DNA of 46,761 nucleotides from Perkinsus olseni (Eukaryota): NCBI GenBank assembly GCA_013115125.1, contig JABANN010000041.1, positions 62,001 to 108,761 of the forward strand, read 5' to 3'. Shown piece by piece: positions 35,935 to 46,149 of this stretch (position 1 is its first letter; each line of letters starts with the position of its first letter). The notes under the pieces were generated by a model. It saw only the letters and a program-made list of their open reading frames with translations, ran no database searches and was not told where the DNA came from. The position numbers and the translations under genes were made by a program.

Positions 35935-37843
35935 ATGGAGAGTGGAGTCTTGTCCGTCAGATTTGTGAGTGGGTCCTTAGAGAGGCTACTAGACGAAAAC
36001 GCAGACATTCGGTGCCGAGTCCACGACATGATCGATGCTTTTGAGGACGCCTTTGTGTGCTGTGAGAGGCGGGCGCTGATGACGCGACAGAGAACTACCT
36101 CTCGGGGAAAGAAGAGCATCCAGCATGTGAGGCTTGGCAGCACTTCAGGCTGCTCCCGCTGAACGACGTGTGTGCTTGGTAGACGCGAAACACGAAGCAA
36201 GGCTCTCGAAGGCGATCGAAGAATGAGCCGGGACCTCGCGGGAACCGGGTGAATATTGTCATCGACAAGCGCAGAGAGGCTGCCGCATTGAGAGAAGAGG
36301 TGAGTGCGAACGCGGCACGCTGACTAAAATCTGCCAGGAGCTCCGGGAGTCGGATGCTCGATTCGCTGGCTCAGCCTGACAGGCATTTCCTGAGGGCTAC
36401 AGCACGACGAAGTCTGTTCTGTGGCAGTCGATGCGCATGGTACCACTGTATTCAGCTACGGGCCCTCGAGCTGCAGGCTGCGCGACAGCGTCGGGCTCTG
36501 GCGGAGATAGGGGTAACGCAGAGGCAGAAAGCTCGCATGAACGACCAGTTGAAGCAGTACATAAGGAAACAGCGGACAGAGTGAGTGTTCGGAGCGCTCA
36601 CCCAACCTATAAAGCAACAGCCTGACTTGTGTACGTGCTACATACAAGGTGGTGCAACATAAAGCACGCAATTTAAAGTTGTTGACCAACTGCGGCTGAG
36701 ACCTTGGGTTGAGAGGTTTTAGATGGTGCTTACTCCAATTCCGAACTCCGTTTGGGTTGACCTTTTTTCTGCAAGCCCTCTCGCGAGCAGCTTTAAATTG
36801 TGTGATTTATGTTGCACCACCCTGTACAACCACTTTAGAGCCCAACAGAGCCGAGCTCGGCATTGACTGGTGACCGTAGAGCTCTCCGACTCTATCATTC
36901 CTCTCGAGCGCGACGACTCAGTCACCTGTGATCAGAACTTCAGAATATGGAATTTCGAGATCGTCATCCTTCGAGAGCAGATACCGTCATGCTCAAGCCG
37001 CTCTTACTGTCAACATCAACCGAATGCGAGCCCTGAGAGAAGGCATCATGGAGCTGGACTACCAGTGAGGGCTCAATTCTCCTCTGCGCTGACCTGCGGA
37101 GGCCATCGTACCGGTCCGTCCCAGTTGACACCAGGTACCGCGCTCTGCTCAGTGGTCGCGGCGACAGTAGGGCGAAGAGGCTAAATCGAGAAGTAGAAGA
37201 GCTCGAAGCGTACAGATCCGATCTGGCGGCCAAGCGACAGGCAGTAGAATCCCGTGACCGAAGCGACATGAAGACGCGGGTTGAGATACTTGACGTGAGT
37301 ATGGGCATCGACACGTATGAGTAGCTCAAATCCAGTAGTCTACCGCTAAAGGATAGAAGGCTGACATTTTGCTGCCGATCGGAGTGTGAGGACGGGCTCT
37401 GACTCCCTCTACCAGGATTGGTAGTCGTTGTGAAGTCAGTGGTGGCATCATATCTGCTCTGAGACCCTCCTGGAGGTGTCCGTGCAGCGCTATTCAGGGG
37501 AGAACTATCCGACTACAGTATATCAACTACGCAACCGTTGCTGAGTACTACCTGATTTCTTTGCTGCCGTCCGTGGTGCCTGCGCTAGCTCGTACTGTGC
37601 TTGCTAATCGATCTCGGTGGTCACTGTTCAGGATCTCCAATGCAGAATCTCGGAGCTCTCGAGCTCAGTCAAGCATGCCGAGAGGGCGGCCAGAGTGGCG
37701 AATTCCAGGCTTCGAGAAATTAAAAGACTGCACCGCTCCGCCGAGAAGGAAGGGAATATCGAGCCGTTGCGAGGTACCCGAAGAGCCCTAATCTGTACCC
37801 TCCTCATGGCACCTCTTCACCAGGTCTTGCTCTGGCTGGGTAA
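35935..37843 (+). CDS. Multi-exon basic coiled-coil hypothetical protein
   Basis: Exons such as LRALELQAARQRRALAEI...DQLKQYIRKQR, AKRLNREVEELEAYRSDL and DLQCRISELSSSVKHAER with GT-AG boundaries. Middle exons not fully resolved. Confidence 0.55.
36645..36824. mobile_element. 180-bp MITE of Tc1/mariner type inside an intron
   Basis: About 39-bp terminal inverted repeats: CAAGGTGGTGCAACATAAAGCACGCAATTTAAAGTTGTT versus the reverse complement of the right end, CAGGGTGGTGCAACATAAATCACACAATTTAAAGCTGCT. Flanked by TA at 36643-36644 and 36825-36826. No coding capacity. Confidence 0.85.
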
Positions 37844-37883
37844 CGGTAGAACTGTCCCAGATTGTGTTGTCTGTGGCACGCCT

Positions 37884-38991
37884 CTATTGCAGTACTTCTT
37901 GAACTGATGTTGACTGATACCGTAGAGATTGTGGCGTTGTCGTAAAGTTGGGGTTTTCTGATGTGAGCTGACCCTGTAGGGTACAAGGGGAGCTGAGCAA
38001 GTACCGTCCCGGAGCTGTTGTGGTCGTACTGTAGTGCGACCTCATCATTCCTTCCTTCATCATGTCTTCTGCGCCGAGGCTGATTGTAGAAGTAAAACTA
38101 CCGGCACCTGGCTCCTTCAGGGCTAAACTACGGCCTCGGAGTTCTTCCGTCGTGTCTGTGTTGTCGTTGTGTGAGATCTGATGTGTGTATTGATAAGCCA
38201 CGCTCTTTGGCTGTCCCCTTGTTTCTTGGCAGTTTAGAAACCTATCGATCCTCGCTGGATTATGGACCACCGAGGTCTAGAGTTGAGGCGTCGGACGGCG
38301 AACACGGGAATGGGGGACCAGGGCTTCACTTTCGGTGACGACTTCTTCGTGATTTCTATCGCCATTTGGTGGTGATTTCGGGTACATCGCGATTGCAGGA
38401 ACGAAGGCGTGGGTGGCGCCCGCTGGGTGCTGTCCTTGGGTAATCTCAGATTCCCTCGCTGACTCGGCGACGCCGGCACCTACCTGGCCTACTACGTGCG
38501 AGTCCGAACTGGATGTCAGTCTTCGCTGCAACAGAAGCCAGGGTCAAGGGTGGACAAATATATCGGGCATACTGGAACTGACGCCTTCAGCTGTCAGTTA
38601 ACATTGTTGCCGTATATAGAAACCCGGATCGGCCAACCTCCTTATGCCAGAGTTTTTCCTTGATAAACAGGTTGTGTGTGATTCTTGCAGATGTGGGTCG
38701 GCGGAGTGAAGAACTGACAGAGACTGCTTCGACGAATTCCCTTCCCGTGGCCTCGCCCGAGCCCTGCGCCAGACTCTCAAGAACGCAAGAAGCGGAATCC
38801 ACGGCCCTACGGGGGGTCGTGACAACGATCTATCTGAACTACTTCCGGGATAATGATTGAAAATGAAACTGCGATAAAGTTCACTCGAGACCAGCACGGG
38901 TTTCCTGCCACCCGACCACCGAGTGAAATAAGACCGACGGCCATAGCTCGGCCCGAGCAAAACACGCATGCTTGTGGCAGCGTTCAAACAT
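37884..38991 (-). CDS. Multi-exon hypothetical protein
   Basis: A continuous frame can be built from MFERCHKHAC through ITHNLFIKEKLWHKE, RRLTSSSDSHVVGQ and VHNPARIDRFL using 40-55 nt GT-AG introns. Confidence 0.45.
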
Positions 38992-39318
38992 AGGAGCGAC
39001 TGAGAAGCTCCTTGTGAGAGAGGTAGATCAATACTGACAATCGTCCCTAGATCTCGTAGACGATGCCTTCAGGCCGTCATTCGAGCAATGTTCATCACTG
39101 AACGGGGCCAACGGATGGTAGCCAAAAAAGCGAGAAAATACTCAGCAGATGAAGGTGGACTAGTCAACGCTTCATCACCGGCCAGAAATTAGCTTTTGAG
39201 CTTCCAAAAAAGAGCTGTGTGCAGACCACCCTGCAGACCATGAGCTCGAGTCCTCGACGATGACCACACGATACCAACGACTGGAGCGTAGTCAGGGTAC
39301 AGGTATACAACACCTCGC

Positions 39319-39696
39319 TCAGAGACACTTATCACTGAGTTCTGTAGCCGGAGTGAGGGGCTCGGTCATGCCTGTGCAACTGAAGTAAGCGTCTTGGCAG
39401 TTCTTGGTGACACAATCTGCGCATGCAGGGGCCAGGTTATTGAAGAAGCACTTGAAGAAGCAGTGTATGCCGCCGCACTGCGCCACGTCTCCGAAACAGG
39501 ATGCGCATCCGGCACTGAGTCCACAACCGGTCGTGAGGCACGATGGGATTCTCCCGAGGGAGAGGCGGTTGTCGGCGCCACACTTGTGAAAAAAGTTGGA
39601 GAACGAAACGCTCTTGATCTTCTGCTTGTCAGTGTCGGTACAAGCGTTGTTGGCGGACACAATGGCGAAGACCACGAAGAGGACGAGGGAGCGCAT
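39319..39696 (-). CDS. Small secreted 14-Cys protein, intronless
   Basis: 125 aa with a signal-peptide-like MRSLVLFVVFAIVSA and 14 Cys, including GLSAGCASCFG...CGGIHC...C and CxxC-x4-C-x6-CTG. Confidence 0.87.
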   Translation of the reverse strand: MRSLVLFVVFAIVSANNACTDTDKQKIKSVSFSNFFHKCGADNRLSLGRIPSCLTTGCGLSAGCASCFGDVAQCGGIHCFFKCFFNNLAPACADCVTKNCQDAYFSCTGMTEPLTPATELSDKCL

Positions 39697-40144
39697 TCTC
39701 AGATTGAAGGGTTCAAAGTGACTGGGCCTGAGGACGGAAGTTCAGCGTTAGCTTCTGTGCCATGCGCTACTGCTCTGATTCCAGTTGAGACAGGTCATCA
39801 GAGCAGCCTGACTGGACTCGACGCGGAAGAGAAGAAAGAATCTACAACGCGTTCTATAGCGTGATCTTGAACGCATGCACAAACCACGCGAGTTCGGAGG
39901 CGCAGAGGAGGGTTCAATAAGGGTTGCTCAAGTCTAATGGTATGCCATGGCAGTGATAGTGGGTGTAGCGATGCCCTGCAGGCCGGTGGCTGTACCAGTA
40001 GGGAGTGTTTGGCAATACTGCATAATACCGACGCCCACACTGGAGTTCCCGCCGGACGTTCCCAACTGGAAGAAGGGACACTGTCCCAGGGACAGCGCCT
40101 CCACGCGCGCTTACGGAGGAGCATGATTGGGAGGTTCTGATGAG

Positions 40145-40913
40145 CTATGCTATTATACACTTGAACAGAAACGAGTGGTATGCGTGCTCGTGCGCCAATA
40201 ACCTCACCGCAGCAACTGTCTGCTCGGGATCTGCAGTGACATCTCCGCAAAAGAGTAACGATAATGCACACGCGTTCGGCGTAGACAGTGAAGGCACTTC
40301 AGACAGTCGAAAGCAAACACAAGTATTATCCAGTCTCGTCATAGGCTAGACCCAATAAGAATATCCGGGCACTCCATAAGAAGACCTGGAGGGCATTAAA
40401 GGCGCGGATAACAGCCGCTCATCGGAAGCTCCCTCTTGTCCACCATCCCGCCTTACCTGCGTGACGTGACAGTCGATGCGTGTGCGGATGTGATTGTTCC
40501 GGTTCAGACTGTATGCTTGTCAGTTGAATCAGTCTTGCCCCAAATGAAGCATCATGTGTGTCAGTGTAGCAATTTCTGGTCGGCGGGTGACTGTCAGAGT
40601 GACCATCGCTGTGGCGCCGCTCAGTAGCCACAACCCGCTCTGACTAGAACCTACTTGCGTGGCAAAGCCAACCGCAATTCTTGGAAGCGCACGCTCCAAA
40701 ATCATTGAAACAGTTGGCACACCCAAAGGAGATCTGACACGGCCCCTCGAGGCATGGCGCGATAGCGGAAGTGTCCAACTTGGCCGCGAGGCTGCACTTG
40801 TAGAGAAAGTTGGGGAACAACTTGCCGGTGATCTTCTCCTTCTCGGCCTCGTTGCAAGTACCATCAACAACCATGAGGAGGGTCATCAGGACGGAGTTGG
40901 CGAAGGAGCGCAT
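40145..40913 (-). pseudogene. Interrupted paralogue of the 14-Cys secreted protein (pseudogene, or spliced through a long intron)
   Basis: MRSFANSVLMTLLMVVDGTC...FPNFLYKC...ISFGCANCF...C...CGWLCHA matches the first 9 Cys and then stops at 40644. A residual CLHC and CALSLLFCG lie near 40240-40296 in adjacent frames. Confidence 0.55.
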
Positions 40914-41249
40914 TTGCAGGTTTAGGAATGTCAAAGCACTGGAATGAAGAGCCGAACGCCTGAGTCAGATACTGAGATACCTATCGCGGAGGTGCTATCG
41001 GAGCTCCCAGTTCACTACATTGCGTAAGGCCAGAACGAAACAGTGCACTACAGGCATCAAAGAATATGTAAGAGCCGGCTGTGGGGGGCTGCCCTTCACC
41101 CGCTACCGCAACGAGGAACATTTGGCGATGAGATGTTCTATGGACTGATCTCTAGCGTAAATTAGGCTGTGCAATGTAGGACGCATACCCATGAACGCGG
41201 GTGCAAGGCGGCGAACGATGAGAGGCCCAAGCGGATGGCGACTGATAGA

Positions 41250-43158
41250 CTACCTATCATATCTATCAGTGATAGTGATGCCCCCGCGGTAGGAATCGTG
41301 CTTTGCCTTACAGGCAGCGACGATGGGAGTTGCCGCGGGGGAAGGCGGTTGATACGGTGTACGATTGTCAGTCAGCGCGCTCCGAGCCACACAGCTCGCT
41401 GAGCTGAGGTAAGCTAAGATCAGCCTGCGACTTACTGACGTTGCAGTAGGCCGTAAGCGGATCGAACTCTCTCTTTCTAAAGGGTTTCCGATAATGACGG
41501 TGTCTCTGAGCCACTGTGGAGGGTTTCCGATATGACCACTGCTGGAGCTCCTCTGCCTCCTACTACCCGTTTCCAATGTGACGTATGTATTTCTGATATA
41601 TGCGATACTGGTACGTACGGAGGCCGTTAGAAGGGATTGTTGCTGATAAACTGTCTATGGTGTTGGGTTCGTATCTACGTCCTCATCATGACTCATGATC
41701 TAGAGCTGTGCCCTGTCTCATGCTTCATGAGACAGGCAGAGGAATGACAAATGCCTCAGCAATTCGCACACCACTGTTGAAATGTCCCCTGGCCGGGTGT
41801 GCTCCACAGACGATCCGTTATGGGATATCATCCGAGCGAAGTGTCTTGGAGCGAGGAAAGCATCAGGCAAATCCGCCTGTGTTATTCGCGATAACCGCGT
41901 CGGTTCAGATGAGCACAATGCGAGCAGAGCGACAACTGACGGCAATCAGAGCCGAAACTCCCAACCCGAGGGCCCAGATCTCTTGGATAGGTCTCGAGAT
42001 GATGATTTCTCCCCTAGATCGGAGGCTGAAGTATCGATGCTGGCCAAGAGTGAGGAGGTCTCACTCGTTATCGGGTCGATCGGCCTTCCCGTTCGCTGTC
42101 TGGTTGCGGCCTCGGTCCTCCCTGGCGAACGAGTAAGTGAGCCATTTGAGCCATCATCCCTACTCAGCTTGGGCGACGAAAGTCCATCCCAGAGCTCGTG
42201 ACTTCTTCCAGAGCCATGAGAGGATGATTAAAGTAGGTGACCCTTCTCCCCGGTTCGGTGATCTTGATAATTCATTCTTGTCATCCAGGTCCTCCGGTCG
42301 ATTGCTCTCAGCATTGACAAAGAGAGCGATCCTATTCTAGGGTAGGACTTCCTCTATTCCGCGCCGTAATGCCGTTTCACCTCTGCTCAGAGGTGACAAG
42401 TGCGTTCGGTGGCATGGCGGAGTATCGCAAGACGAGCAAGATCAGGGAATAAGGCACGCTCAGATTCGGGTATAATCTACCCTTGTTCGGTGGAGCTGCC
42501 CGGCGTCGGAAAGCTGTGTTGTTAAGCTCGTTAAGCCGAACGAGAACGAGGAGAGCGAAGCATTCGTCAGTCGTGTACTGGTTTTCTTCTTCGCCACTAA
42601 CGAGTCATTCGAATTACTCATGCAGTTGCCCAAGCAGCCCTTCAGGTGAGAGCTCCTCGAAAAGCATCACGGACCTTCGAATGGCATTACGGACATTCGC
42701 AACAATCGAAGGAATGCTTGGCAGTGAAGAACTCAGTCTCTCGCGCTTATCTGTCCTGACCATACCTGGAAGTTCTTACTCTCTCAGGATGCTATGTGGC
42801 GATCAGTTGTGTATCAACCTCCATCACATCGCTGGGGAACTGGAATGATGCTCCTGTGTGACAGGCCTCAGCATCATGTATGCACTGCCTATAGACTATT
42901 TGCATGCTGCTATCATTTCCAACCCGAAGTTTTCGAGTTTCCTTGTGACGGCGAGACTTCCTGGTAACCTCCAACCGTACTTGATGCTAACAGCTTTCAC
43001 CTCCCGGAGAATCTTTTATCTTGAGCGATGCATACACCGTCCATACTCGGCACAACTCGCCTCGAGACACGGCGTGGCGTTGGATGGATGGTCGAGGAAG
43101 GAGTCACGGGGAGTCGGGGATGAACGTCTGTTTCCAACATTGCTGCAGACATCGACAT
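41250..43158 (-). CDS. Probable multi-exon hypothetical gene
   Basis: Several open segments with GT/AG-like boundaries on the minus strand (MSMSAAMLETDVHPRLP..., IPSIVANVRNAIRRSVMLFEELSPEGLLGQLH). Full structure not resolved. Confidence 0.3.
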
Positions 43159-43407
43159 TGGCAACCGCAAGGGCAAACAAGTAATTGTGCGAGCTGCGGA
43201 ATCGACCCATCGTCGATTCGGCGTTATCCATGCGTGTACCACGGCTCAGGCTGATAGGCCAAGGCAAGGTTTCCTTTACGGTGGTTGGAAGTTCAAACTT
43301 GATGCCTGTTCGGGTGCATGACGGCACAAAAAAAGAACGCCTCCGATCGCACGCGTCCGAACTTGTCCCGAGAACCAGAGTTTTATCTCTCTGCACCAGC
43401 GTACCGA

Positions 43408-43744
43408 CCAACAGTGAGGCATGAGCGTACGCAGGTTAAATGAATACAAGTGCGCCAATTTTGGTTTTGGTCTGAGCTGAGACGGGCCAACAGTGAGGCA
43501 TAAGCGTACGCAGGTTCAATGAATACAAGTGCGCCAATTTTGGTTTTGGTCTGAGCTGAGACGGGCCAACAGTGAGGCATAAGCGTACGCNNNNNNNNNN
43601 NNNNNNNNNNNNNNNNNNNNNNNNNNNNNNNNNNNNNNNNNNNNNNNNNNNNNNNNNNNNNNNNNNNNNNNNNNNNNNNNNNNNNNNNNNAGGTTCAATG
43701 AATACAAGTGCGCCAATTTTGGTTTTGCTCTGAGCTGAGACGGG
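43408..43744. repeat. 79-bp tandem repeat array of unknown copy number, spanning an assembly gap
   Basis: The unit CCAACAGTGAGGCATAAGCGTACGCAGGTTCAATGAATACAAGTGCGCCAATTTTGGTTTTGGTCTGAGCTGAGACGGG starts at 43408, 43487 and 43566, and resumes in phase after the N-run. Confidence 0.95.
43591..43690. other. Assembly gap (100 N)
   Basis: Run of N inside the tandem array. Confidence 1.
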
Positions 43745-44018
43745 ATATCCTTCAACCATCAATCGTCGTTGTGGTCACCGAGGGGAGCGTAGCTGACGCC
43801 ACCTACGCGCGAGACGGTCACACCGGAGGACGAGACTGCGCTGTCTTTGCCGTCTCACCGGCGTGCCTGTCTCAAGCTTGCTTGCCGAGATCACGCGTTA
43901 TCTCGAGTGACTCACGAATGGTCCAATGAATGGGGCCATCGTCCTTCCCGGGCCGCCAGAGATACCGGCAAAACTGTAGTTTCTAGTGATTTCCTATCAG
44001 CGGCTGGTGACCAGCCCA

Positions 44019-45377
44019 ATGCGCATTCTTCATGCAACCTCTCTCACCGCTCTAATCGCCTCTACGGTTTCTACAAGCGACACCATCGTTTCCATCAAGT
44101 CTGGCGTCGAAGATGTTAACATACTCCGTCTGCCTCGAATGCTGAGGAATGCTGGTTACATGCCTGACCAGAAGATCGTGTCTTTCCTGGACACCGCTGA
44201 AATTACCACTCTCGGTTACGTCCACTCGCAAGTGGTTCAGACTTCAGCCGTCACCGTCGACAGCGAGACTCTCTGCAGCTTCGTCGCTATGGCTAGCAAA
44301 CAGCTCTTATTGCAATCTGAATGCGGTGAGGATGTCGATGGCGATGCTTTTGGTCTGACCGATAGTACCCTGCACGTGAACGATGCTGATGCCCGCTATC
44401 AGAAGCATCTCGAATGGATGAAGATGGGTGAGGTTTGGCGTCTCTCTTCACCTCATGTAACTCGAACTGTGAAGGTGGCCGTTACGGACTCCGGTATCGA
44501 CTGGACCGACCCCGACTTCGCTCCCTTGAAGGGAACGCTGAAGAGGAAGAGCGGCGGCTACTTGGAAGGACGGTGGAACTTCTTCACCAACTCGTCCATT
44601 TTGACGTTCAAAGACCCTCACGGAACTGAAGTTTGTAAAGTCCTCGCAGCCAAGAGTAACAACTCGGTTGGCATAGCTGGCGTCGCCCCCAGTGTTCGAT
44701 TGGTGCCGCTGCAGATGGTTGATGACAACAAGAAGATGCCTCTGTCCAAGTTCTTAGCTGCTCTCAAAATGGCCATCGATCTAGAAGTTGATATCATATC
44801 AACGTCTGTGGGATACTATTTTATGAACTATCGATCGAACACAACTGCCCAGTTTCGGTGGCTGTGGGAAGCCCTCCGAGTTGCACAGGATAGCGGAATT
44901 TTACTCGTTTCCGCCTCCGGCTATTACACCAGTAGGCGTGAATTCGATTTCCCTTGTTGGTACGGCGGTCCACTCGGTATGTGTGTCGCTTATATGCAGG
45001 ATAATAAAACTCGGAATGCGCTCGACACCTTTTCAGGCTACGGTGAGCGGGTTGACGTCGCAGCTTACGGTAAGAATATCTTCACTGGCTTCGACAAGAA
45101 CGGTAATCCGAAGTACTTCAACGGTTCATCAGCCGCCACTCCGATCGTCGCCGGTCTTGCCGCTATCCTATTATCAATGGATGTTGAGCCGTCGATGGTA
45201 AAGCGGCTGATACTGGCGAACGTGGATCCTGTCGAGTGTGAGATGCCCGTTTTGATGCCCCAAACTATACGAGGCGGAGCAATTAATGCACTAAGAACTG
45301 TGCAGCACGCCATCAGTTGGCTGTCATCGAGACCAAGGGCCCTCCGTGGCAAGGATGCCTTTGATGCGGAGAAGTAA
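44019..45377 (+). CDS. Secreted subtilisin-like serine protease (S8), intronless
   Basis: Signal-peptide-like MRILHATSLTALIAST, a prodomain, catalytic motifs VAVTDSG (Asp), HGTEV (His) and GSSAATP (Ser), plus GIAGVAP and FSGYG..VDVAAYG. Confidence 0.92.
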   Translation: MRILHATSLTALIASTVSTSDTIVSIKSGVEDVNILRLPRMLRNAGYMPDQKIVSFLDTAEITTLGYVHSQVVQTSAVTVDSETLCSFVAMASKQLLLQSECGEDVDGDAFGLTDSTLHVNDADARYQKHLEWMKMGEVWRLSSPHVTRTVKVAVTDSGIDWTDPDFAPLKGTLKRKSGGYLEGRWNFFTNSSILTFKDPHGTEVCKVLAAKSNNSVGIAGVAPSVRLVPLQMVDDNKKMPLSKFLAALKMAIDLEVDIISTSVGYYFMNYRSNTTAQFRWLWEALRVAQDSGILLVSASGYYTSRREFDFPCWYGGPLGMCVAYMQDNKTRNALDTFSGYGERVDVAAYGKNIFTGFDKNGNPKYFNGSSAATPIVAGLAAILLSMDVEPSMVKRLILANVDPVECEMPVLMPQTIRGGAINALRTVQHAISWLSSRPRALRGKDAFDAEK

Positions 45378-45947
45378 TCGGAAATAAGTTCACCGGCGCA
45401 ACCGTATATCATTCCTCTCTTACTCGACATAAGTTAGTCTACCGCTTTGGCTAACGACGATTTTCTTGGTTCTTACGAATATCCCACCTTGTGTGGAGCT
45501 AGGAGTACCGACGCTCTGGTGCTTGCATTCAAAGTGAGGCTTTCGTAATCTCTGCCTAGTCCTGGCGATCTCTCATTTTGATGCCGTAGTCTCGTCTAGT
45601 CAGCTACTGCCAGCCTCTCTTTCTTGAGTCTGGGCGTCGGGTAAACCCTCCTCATTTTCGCAGCTTCTCAGCTCAGTTGCATTTCTAAAGCGACGACGTC
45701 GCGAAATCATAAAACAAGAGACTCTCTACGAAGATGCTTAACGAGTTCGAGGTGATTGAGTTGGAATCATATGCCCGGCAGGATAGTCTCCTCAGCGCTT
45801 GCGATTCACAATCAAACGATCGAAGAGCCTCGATTACTCGAAGTTCTCGTCGAACTCCAATTGTGGGGTTTTCGTCGAAAGCCCAAATTTAGTGCCTAAC
45901 AGCCACACTATGACAGTAACAGTTCCCCACTTAGTAGGCTCAATAAC

Positions 45948-46149
45948 TGTTGTGGAGCGCTGTTGACTGGCGCGGTTGTCGCTGTCGACTGGCGCGGTGA
46001 TCGATTTGATGATGATCGATTTCAGCTATCAGCACGTGTACGCATATTCCCCCTCGTGAGGCCGTTATCAGTTCCGCTGCATACTGATATCATTGACTGG
46101 CGACACGTTGGCGTTGCGCTAGTACGGGACACTCGCACGAGTCACAACA
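45948..46149 (+). mobile_element. 5' LTR (202 bp) of an LTR retrotransposon
   Basis: Begins TGTTGTG and ends CACAACA (7-bp inverted termini, TG...CA). Contains internal GACTGGCG repeats and is immediately followed by a TGG primer-binding site and a gag-like ORF. Confidence 0.8.

Noticed and set aside
43408-43744. Regularly spaced repeats as a CRISPR array
   Set aside because: The units are contiguous with no unique spacers, there are no cas genes, and the context is eukaryotic.
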